64,000 bases of DNA from an uncultured virus (IMG/VR IMGVR_UViG_3300002038_000007). Its lineage: Duplodnaviria > Heunggongvirae > Uroviricota > Caudoviricetes. Under the pieces are notes generated by a model. It was not told where the DNA came from. It ran no database searches and saw only the letters and a list, made by a program, of their open reading frames with translations. The position numbers were made by a program, and so were the translations under genes. The stretch is from the IMG/VR virus record IMGVR_UViG_3300002038_000007, one strand, 5' to 3'. Position 1 is the stretch's first letter. Each line of letters begins with the position of its first letter. Positions 56,261 through 64,000 of the stretch are shown one piece after another.

Positions 56261-58760
56261 ATGACTCTACTTGAACTTATCCAGGGACTCATGGTTCGAA
56301 TTTTGATCATGGGCATTCTCGTTGCTTGTTTCTTTGCCATGGCCATCAATGACGTCGATATCGTTCTTCTTGAGCTGTCGGGAGCAACCATCGAATTGCC
56401 GTGGTTTTCAATGCTGGGCGCGATCGCGCTCTGGTATGTCACAAGCCATAAGCTGCTGCTCGATTATCCACCGTTTCAATGGCTCATCCTGATCGTAGGC
56501 ATCGTCATTGCGCTGACCCAGTGGGACCGAATTTCCGTGCCCATGTTTTCAGCGGACCTCGAGATTCGCGTGATGTCCCTTCTTGGTATCGTTGCGCTGC
56601 AAAACCCGATCGCAATCTGGATCTTGAAAATATACCAAAGGAAAGCCGGAAAGACCGACCGCACGCTTAAAATCAGAATGGCAGGAAGGGAGCAGATTAG
56701 CTCATGAATACACCAGCCCAACCGCAACAGCCAGGACAGCAACCAAAAATTCTTCCTGGTGTTGGCTTTAGCGTCGCCGTGCTTGCTGTGATTACGATGC
56801 TCATAGGCCTAGCGATCTCAACCCCCGCACTGACCCTCGTAGGCGCTCTCTTGTTGATTGGTTACAACAGGGTCAAGCATGGGACCGAAGGCATCGTCTA
56901 CACCCTTCTTGGCTTGGCGGTTGTTGCTTGGTTTTATGGTGACACGCTTTGATGCCGGATAGACCGCAATTTTGTATGTCGTCGCGCAGTAAGGTGACTG
57001 TCCGACCTTATCATGACGATGACGGCAGTCACTTATCAAACGACGAACGCGAAAGGGACACCTGGTTTCAGGATGTGATGACCCACGCCGACAAATGGAT
57101 TGGGGGGGTCTCAATGCTGTGCGGCATAACGATGGGCAGTACCATTTTTATCAGCTGGCTTGTTCTTGGCTTCCCATCGAGTGTGCAGGATTTAATTGCT
57201 AGCGCTGCTTCCAACTTTGCCATGACCATCGGCGACCCAAGGGCTAATGAAGTTGGTCTTTATGTCGGTCGCATGGTCAGTGCTGTATTGTTTGGGGTTG
57301 GCCTGATTGGTGCTCTTTGTTTGGTCTGGTATGGCATGTTGTTTGGTCAGGTTTATGCGACCAATAAAGGCAGGGGATTTCGCAGTATTTTAGATCCTAT
57401 ATCCGACGTGGTTTTGAAGAATAAAGCGTTGCCATCGGGGGAGACTCCTTTTGGAGCCGAGCTTGGCGAGCGAAGCATTGGCGTGATGTTCTTTTGGTAT
57501 GCCAGCTTTTTTGTTGCCGAGATGATCTTGATTGTCCTTGGTGTCTATATTGCCATTCTTTGGGTGCAGATAATATTAGGTGCGATTGCCACGATCCTTT
57601 CGATTTTTGCTCTTCTTCGAAACATCAACAAGTCGGCCCTTAGGCAAGTAGAGCTCGCCGAATTGACCGCGGCGGCTGCCAATAAGATTGATCGGGACGA
57701 CAAAAAAGCGAAGATTCTCCGTGACCCTCTTGCTGCCGCAAAGCAGAAGAAGAAGCTTGCCGAGCTCGCCGACAAACATCAGGCGATGATGATCATGACC
57801 ATCGTTGATTTTTTCCTGGCGATTTCCCATGGGGTTGCTTGCGTCTTATTGTTGGGGGATGGCCACGGCCTTTGGGTTGACGTGCTCGCCAGCTTCACGT
57901 TTTTAGCGACCGGGTTTTGGATGACCATCCTCGGCCACACCACGGGCTATGGTAATCCAGGACACCATCCCGACGAGCCCAATGACCACGCTGTTCGTGC
58001 AGAGCCAAGGTCCTCTGTGACACAGCTCTTGCTAGAGGCGCGCAAACGGCGCGAGGAAGGCTTGTGAAGCCTTAGCCAATTGACCCAGTCACCGAGCGGA
58101 GTAAAATACTGTTATGGAAGAAAATAATGATCTCACTCTTCAGGGCCTGTTCCTGGCTGTTGGCGGCATAAAAAAAGAGGTCGTTGCCTCCTTGGCTAAA
58201 ATAGAGGGAACGTTGGCTGCCCATACCCTAAGCCTGGCCGGTATGAACAAGCGACTTGTCCGCATCGAAGAGCAGTTGTCGAGCGCTCACGATGAACGGC
58301 AGGCCATGCGCGATGCTATCGATGCCCTCCCTTGCTTTAGCCAGGTCAAGGGGGTGGAGGATGGACAAGGCAAGTTGGCTGCCGAGATCCGGAAGACCAG
58401 CAACAAAGTCGCCGATCTAAAAAGAAGAGTTGGCGAATTGGAAAAGGCTTGATGGCTGGTGGCAAGCGGCGAAACGAAGCTTTGCGTGGTAAATCGTGCC
58501 CGACATGCAAGGCTGTTCTTGACGCGGCTGCCGCGGGCGACGGATCGGATAAGGAGCCTCAGCCAGGCGATGTAACGGTTTGTTTTAGGTGCGGCGCGGT
58601 GCTCCAATTTATGATTGGTCTTGCCCTAATACCGGCGCCTGATAATGTCTTGGTTGAGTTGGCTGGCGACGAGAGTTTCAAAAGAGCGCTATCCATTCAA
58701 CAGGAGATATCAGAAGCAATTAGAAAAAAAGAAAAGGGGCCGAAGCCCCTCCTCTTCTGA
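56261..58760 (+). other. Membrane-protein operon (56261-56707, 56704-56952, 56952-58067) plus 58114-58452 coiled coil and 58452-58760 Zn finger
   Basis: Multi-TM coupled ORFs; no family recognised. Confidence 0.55.
58724..58750 (-). terminator. Intrinsic terminator of the parM operon
   Basis: Minus strand AGGGGC-TTCG-GCCCCT-TTTCTTTTTTT. Confidence 0.75.
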
Positions 58761-58776
58761 CATTCATTAGACGTTC

Positions 58777-59016
58777 CTAATCTAAGGCCCCTGCCAGATC
58801 GATCTTCGCCGCCTCGACCTCTTCAGTGGCGGCGATCGGCGGCTTCCCTGCTATGAACTGCTCAACACACACAAACTGATGGGCACCAAGCGTTTGGAAG
58901 TGCTTCAGGAGCTTTGCCCAATCACGCTCGTCGATTTGGTCAAGCAACCGGCAGACAGTTCGATCGCCGACCTCATCAAGCGTGACGGTAACTCGACGTT
59001 TCTTAGCCATGGGCAC
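58777..59016 (-). CDS. ParR-like adaptor/DNA-binding protein
   Basis: KKRRVTVTLD N-terminal strand; overlaps parM 3' end. Confidence 0.55.
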   Translation of the reverse strand: MPMAKKRRVTVTLDEVGDRTVCRLLDQIDERDWAKLLKHFQTLGAHQFVCVEQFIAGKPPIAATEEVEAAKIDLAGALD

Positions 59017-60001
59017 CAGCCAGCATCAAGAAGCCTCGGAGATTGGCGCTGACCGGGTTCTCCATAACCACGATGGTGGGGCCGCTGATGTGGTTTTTCA
59101 GCTCAGCACCAGGGTAGATAGCGCCTCCGCCGCTTACCAATATAGTGTCGATGTTTTTCAATGACCCCAAGCACCCGGTTGCGTCGGTGACGATGTCTTT
59201 GGCGATGGTGTCAGCATGCCTTTTGGCAATGTCGCTAAGATCGACCGTCGCGCCCCACTTTTCGAAGGATGTTTCGCCGTTTCGGAACGCCTCGTCGATT
59301 TGAGAAGGAGACACCTCAAAGTCGTAAGAGGTAGCTACCTCCTTGGCAACTGCCTCACAAACGGCTCGCATCGCGGCCTCGGTTGACGTGGAGTGATCAA
59401 GGTTGACTTTCCCACGAACGATCAGCGCAATGTCCGTGGTGCCGTAGCCAATGTCGATGACAAGCAGACGTTGGCGCTTAAGATCATCGGCGTGATCTTG
59501 AAAATAGAGCGCGCCGCTGCCGAGCGGCTGATTAGCGACCAGGACGTCATCGACGGTGAATTCCTGCCCTCGGATTTCGAATGTTCCAGCGAATGCCGCC
59601 TTCAGGTATTCCTTGGCCGGTGAGTTGAACTCTCTTGTTGGCAGCCCAAGCACCATCTTGCTGATTCTCGGCTCACCAAGACGGAAGAGCGTTTCGAGGT
59701 AGAGAGCGTGATAGTCAGGGGACACCGCAAACATCGCGCCTTGGTGACGCACATGCTCAGTTCCGTCAGGCTCAAAGCCGGCGTAATACGGCACACCCTC
59801 AACGCTCAGCGGTTCGTCTTTCTCGCCAGAGAACCCAGCATTGACCCGTTTGGCAGGGGCCGCGCCGCTAGGCATCCACAAGAGGTCACCCGCCTTCCCA
59901 TCAGCCATCACCATGGCCTTGGTGCTACCATAGCCAATGTCCGCGGCGGCGGTCACGACGCTAGGGGCTGCATTCGATCTGATCTTAGTAACTGCTGCCA
60001 T
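59003..60001 (-). CDS. ParM/StbA actin-like ATPase
   Basis: ADIGYGSTK, VLGLP, NQPLG, VIDIGYGTTD, LVSGGGA, PVSANLRG. Confidence 0.9.
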   Translation of the reverse strand: MAAVTKIRSNAAPSVVTAAADIGYGSTKAMVMADGKAGDLLWMPSGAAPAKRVNAGFSGEKDEPLSVEGVPYYAGFEPDGTEHVRHQGAMFAVSPDYHALYLETLFRLGEPRISKMVLGLPTREFNSPAKEYLKAAFAGTFEIRGQEFTVDDVLVANQPLGSGALYFQDHADDLKRQRLLVIDIGYGTTDIALIVRGKVNLDHSTSTEAAMRAVCEAVAKEVATSYDFEVSPSQIDEAFRNGETSFEKWGATVDLSDIAKRHADTIAKDIVTDATGCLGSLKNIDTILVSGGGAIYPGAELKNHISGPTIVVMENPVSANLRGFLMLAGAHG

Positions 60002-60246
60002 CGTATATTCCTTTTTGTTGACGGATGATCACTTTTTGATCATTCAATGAACCGAACATGAGCTGTATGAGAGGTCATTCAAGCGTGTGCGGCTCATTTG
60101 TTGATAATTGGTCACCTTTTTAGCTTTCGCAAGGAAATAATCGGTCCAACCTCAAATAAATTGAGGTAAACAGCTTTTATTGAAGGTATATGGGGTTAAA
60201 ATGCATATTCCTTGCCAAAATTGCGTTTATCTGGAATAAAGAGAGG

Positions 60247-60543
60247 ATGATTGTTACCAGAGAGATGATTGCCGCCGTCCAGCACGGCTTGGGCCACACC
60301 AACCGTAGCCTCTCCGCCCTGACGAGAGAGCGCTGTGCGGCAGGGCTGGGGCCGTTTGTTTCGGCCGAAGCAATATCTGGTTTCCTTAAAGCAGGTTATC
60401 CCGGCACTGATATAAAAGGATCGCTCCGGGATACGTTGATTGAGGCGCTGGTGGCTGAAGGGGGGCGGTTTGTTGCGCAAGACACAGTATTCGTTCCGAA
60501 AGGGGCTTTGGCCGCGGGAAGGGGCAGGAAAACCTCTAAATAA
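60247..60543 (+). CDS. Small HTH-like protein
   Basis: GAGAGG RBS; VTREMIAAVQHGLG...AEAISGF. Confidence 0.45.
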   Translation: MIVTREMIAAVQHGLGHTNRSLSALTRERCAAGLGPFVSAEAISGFLKAGYPGTDIKGSLRDTLIEALVAEGGRFVAQDTVFVPKGALAAGRGRKTSK

Positions 60544-60896
60544 TTAAGGCAAGGAGGAATTTTAAAGAGGATCGCGTAAATAAATAGAGAAAAATGTATA
60601 TAGAGGCAGCTTGCAACCAATGTTATCTCGTTGAAATAAAAGAAAACACGGCCAATTCACTACTAGCAGTAAAATAATACGTTTTCCGACAGGTTTTTAC
60701 AGTTGAAAAACGACGATGTTATGAGTTACACATGAATCATCAGACAACAAGCTGTTGTCACTATGAAAAAAGAAGCGACGTAGGAGAGAAGCGTCAGATG
60801 CGAGGATGAGGAGCCAGGGTTTGTAACCGCCCTGGCTCCCCACCACTAAAAGGCGGCCGGGACGCCGCCTTAACACCACACGCGGAGCTATCGCGC

Positions 60897-61895
60897 ATGG
60901 CCTTGGAAGGTTTCGCCGAAAAACACATCGGCGGCAAGAGTAAACGGGTTTTTGGACGACCGTTTGAAGGCGACGCCCACGCAAATGGGTTGTTGGCGCT
61001 TCATCGCCTTGGGCCGTCGTTGCCTCGGCATTTTGCCGATCACGCGGGCCTGAAGGTCAGCTCGGTCGAACGACGCATTCTCCCAGCCTATGCCAAACGA
61101 GACATCCCTCTTGTCAAGTCAGTGCCTTTGACTGGCACTGGCGTTGGCACTGGCGGTCGGCCGGTCCTTCTCTACGCTCTCACCAAATACGGCTATAATG
61201 AGTTGCTGGAATGCGCCAACGCCAATTGGCCAGAGGAAGAGCCGGAAGCCGCACTTGGCCATTTCATCAAGCCTCCTGACCATGTCCGGTGGAAGCTAAC
61301 CACTGATCATGATCTTGTCACACGGGATATTTTACTAGCTGCGGATCGAGATGCTCGGCATCTAGTTGGCACCCGCTTGATCGATCAAGTGCCAGAGTTT
61401 CGCCACTGGGGAGGCAAGCCATCGCCAACGGCGATTATGACCCCCCTTGATCGTCGCATGAAGCCAGACGCCGCCAATGTGTTGCAGCGCGGAAATATTT
61501 CCTTTGCCGATGAGATAGAAATCGATCTAGGCACCGAAGCGCTGGTGACCAACAATCCTGATCGGGTTTTTGAGACGATTGAAGGCAAGATAAGGTCCTA
61601 TTGGAGCGTGCTCGCTGCTGGTCTGGTCAAGGCCAAGTACCAGGTTGAAAGCCCGATCTTTCGGGTTCTATTTGTGACGACCAGCTTAGCTCGAGCTAAG
61701 CACATCGCGGAACTTGTTGCTGATCTTGCTAGTGAGGGAGCTCTGGAAAGTCTTGTTGCTGGCAACATGGAAGTCACCCCCCACGACATCTTTTTGGCAA
61801 CCACCATCGAGCAGGCCAAGGCGGCGTTTTTTGATAACCACTGGATCAAGCCTGATCTTTCAACAACAGCTCTTGCCGAAAGGGCGGTGTCATGA
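60897..61895 (+). CDS. Replication-relaxation (Replic_Relax) family protein
   Basis: wHTH-like N-terminus (LLYALTKYG), HDL, MKPDA, EIDLGTE, KIRSY, FRVLFVT. Confidence 0.75.
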   Translation: MALEGFAEKHIGGKSKRVFGRPFEGDAHANGLLALHRLGPSLPRHFADHAGLKVSSVERRILPAYAKRDIPLVKSVPLTGTGVGTGGRPVLLYALTKYGYNELLECANANWPEEEPEAALGHFIKPPDHVRWKLTTDHDLVTRDILLAADRDARHLVGTRLIDQVPEFRHWGGKPSPTAIMTPLDRRMKPDAANVLQRGNISFADEIEIDLGTEALVTNNPDRVFETIEGKIRSYWSVLAAGLVKAKYQVESPIFRVLFVTTSLARAKHIAELVADLASEGALESLVAGNMEVTPHDIFLATTIEQAKAAFFDNHWIKPDLSTTALAERAVS

Positions 61896-62266
61896 CCGTC
61901 GCACGGATTACTTTCAGAAGCAGGCCTAGAACACGGTTTGTCATCAAGTGGCCCTTTCTCTACGGCTTTTGGGCGACGACAACGCTCAAGCTTGATGTCC
62001 CTGATCGCTACGCCGATGAGATGTTTGTCCAAGGTCACAACAAGACCACGCTGTGCGTTGTGAAAGCTGGATTCGGCGGCAGAATGATTCGGGTCACGCT
62101 CAAAAAACTTATGCGGAAACGAGGCCTTAAACTTTGGGCATGGAGAGAAGCCACGCTGTGGCTCGCCATTCGAGCGATCGATACTGCGCTCGATAAAAAA
62201 AAGCAGGAGCTTGACGGGCAGCGCTTCAGTGAGACGGCAACTGACATTGGCCGAGAGATCACGTGA
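61892..62266 (+). CDS. Hypothetical protein
   Basis: ATGA-coupled 124-aa ORF. Confidence 0.5.
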   Translation: MTVARITFRSRPRTRFVIKWPFLYGFWATTTLKLDVPDRYADEMFVQGHNKTTLCVVKAGFGGRMIRVTLKKLMRKRGLKLWAWREATLWLAIRAIDTALDKKKQELDGQRFSETATDIGREIT

Positions 62267-64000
62267 TGGCGATCAACTGGCTAAAAAAACAGTTTTTAGG
62301 AAAAGCACGGACGGTCGTTGTAGCACCAGACGTGACGTCGTCAGTCTCATTGAACGATGGTGAGTGGCCGTACAAAAAGGCCGACCTCGAAGAGATCAAG
62401 ACGCGCCTTGCTTTTGTTGCCTATAAGGCCGCTTGGAAAAGACCGCCAAAGGCGGAAACGCACCAAGCACTTTTGCCGTTCGCTGATTTTCTTATTGATC
62501 GATCAGGCATGTTCGTGAAAAGCCCAAAGGGCCAGGCGGCGCTAACTGCTAGGCAATATCGATATGAGGATGGGCGTTGGATGAAAGCATCCATCCAGTT
62601 GCTTAAGTTGATCTTCTGCGAATTGCCGAAAGAGCTTGGCGTCGACCACATGGGCATCGAAGTTCATGCTTGGGCGCTCTCAAAGAGTCCAACCAAGCTT
62701 GTTAAAAAGGTCGCTGGTTTTATGGCCGAAGAGGGCGGCCCGGCAACTGGCGTTATGCAGACGTGGCAAGATTCGACGATTCTTCGAATGCGCGAAGTCA
62801 AGGGCGTTGAACTCCGTCACCTTCCTGACCTCAGTACAGCCTTCCCAGCTTGGCGTGATCGGCACGCAACGGATTTGATGGACGAGTCTTTTAGAGGTTC
62901 GCCATTCAAGGAACTGCTAGAGCTCTGGGTACCGATCACAATCCCTGATGAGGCAACCCGAACTCACATCCACGGTATGGGACCAACCGGGTGCGGCAAG
63001 ACCACTTTCAATGAAGCAACCATCCTTAAGCATATCGGCAAAAAAGGCATGGTCCTATTTGACACCAAAGGCGGTATGGCCGCACGACTTATTCGCCATT
63101 CAGGATCCGCAGAACACATCCTTGAAGTCAACTTTGACCATGAAGATCAACGGCCCTTGTTTAACCTCTTGCAGCCAGCGATCGGCGGCAAGCCGAATAA
63201 GGTTGCAAAGACGCTGAAGTTTATCTTGGCCGGCTTTGGCGTCGAGCTAACTTCCCTGCAAGAGATTGTCTTGGAGCTAGCCGTTAAAATTGCCGTGACG
63301 GTTCCTAACGCGACCATCTCGACTTTGGTCAAGGTGCTGACCAATGAAGGGTATGCCCAGCGTTACGTGGTGAATTGCTCGGAAGATGACCAGGAGTGGT
63401 TCGCGTCTCAGTATGACAGCACCAGATGCCAGGCCAGGCGCGATGAGCTTTTAACCAAGCTTGGCGCGATTAAAAATGCTGAAGAAATGAACGGACTGTT
63501 CAACGGCGATCGCAACACCCTCGATATCAAAACGCTCTTGGATAGCAGAAAGCTGGTGATCTTCACCATCAACAAAGAACATTTCCAGGAATACACCCAG
63601 ATCATCAGTCGCGCCGTGATCAACAGCATCAATGCAGCGATGTGGAAGCGCGACATGCCGATCGGCGATCAACCGCTCTGGATCATCTTTGTTGATGAGT
63701 TGCGTGATGTCATCGGCAGCCTTGATGATAGCTTGATTGAGCAGATTGCTGACCAGGGCCGCGAGCGTGGCGTTTGTTTGCACTTCACCCATCAGCGGCT
63801 CAAGCAAATGAGCACAGCTATCCAAGACGCTATTTTGAACAACGCTTCGGTGAACTTTTACGCCAATATCGATCCAAAGGAAGCCAAATGGCTTGCCGAT
63901 CGTATGGGCTGCAAGTCAACCGACATGCTCAACATCCGCAAGGATGACACTTACCTTTATTTTTGCCTCTCGATCAAAGGCTATGCCCACGCTAGCAAGT
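62266..64000 (+). CDS. VirD4/TrwB-like coupling ATPase (runs off window; absent from ORF track)
   Basis: Hand translation: THIHGMGPTGCGKTT (Walker A), LFDTKG, IIFVDE (Walker B), QGRERGVCLHFTHQRLKQ. Confidence 0.82.
   Translation, partial: MAINWLKKQFLGKARTVVVAPDVTSSVSLNDGEWPYKKADLEEIKTRLAFVAYKAAWKRPPKAETHQALLPFADFLIDRSGMFVKSPKGQAALTARQYRYEDGRWMKASIQLLKLIFCELPKELGVDHMGIEVHAWALSKSPTKLVKKVAGFMAEEGGPATGVMQTWQDSTILRMREVKGVELRHLPDLSTAFPAWRDRHATDLMDESFRGSPFKELLELWVPITIPDEATRTHIHGMGPTGCGKTTFNEATILKHIGKKGMVLFDTKGGMAARLIRHSGSAEHILEVNFDHEDQRPLFNLLQPAIGGKPNKVAKTLKFILAGFGVELTSLQEIVLELAVKIAVTVPNATISTLVKVLTNEGYAQRYVVNCSEDDQEWFASQYDSTRCQARRDELLTKLGAIKNAEEMNGLFNGDRNTLDIKTLLDSRKLVIFTINKEHFQEYTQIISRAVINSINAAMWKRDMPIGDQPLWIIFVDELRDVIGSLDDSLIEQIADQGRERGVCLHFTHQRLKQMSTAIQDAILNNASVNFYANIDPKEAKWLADRMGCKSTDMLNIRKDDTYLYFCLSIKGYAHASK

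Overview
The window is a 64-kb stretch of a temperate tailed-phage genome, probably with an alphaproteobacterial host (inferred from the SSB sequence, the initiator-tRNA anticodon stem and C-terminal AA tags). It appears to be in the non-integrated form, because an intact attP has phage genes on both sides. Left to right: (1) about 19 kb of tail fibre, tailspike and depolymerase-like genes; (2) a 29-gene tRNA array covering all 20 amino acids, followed by a stand-alone class II (GlyRS-like) synthetase core; (3) lysis-region genes (SNase nuclease, M15 peptidase); (4) a ParA operon, an RNA ligase, attP, integrase and excisionase; (5) a RAMP/Cas7-like gene and partner gene followed by a GGY-NN pentamer repeat array; (6) a CI/Cro-like switch, a C4-like RNA and replication/recombination genes; (7) accessory membrane genes; (8) a plasmid/ICE-like ParM-ParR, Replic_Relax, VirD4-like module. 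Two systems stand out. First, the tRNA array is split into four separately promoted modules, each coupled to a translated element rich in exactly the amino acids whose tRNAs lie in that module: two attenuators, one long leader peptide, and one putative autorepressor with an operator palindrome. This suggests codon-specific, on-demand tRNA resupply. Second, the RAMP plus GGY-NN array looks like a non-CRISPR RNA-guided system. All calls were made by eye from sequence and motifs; no database search or folding program was run.
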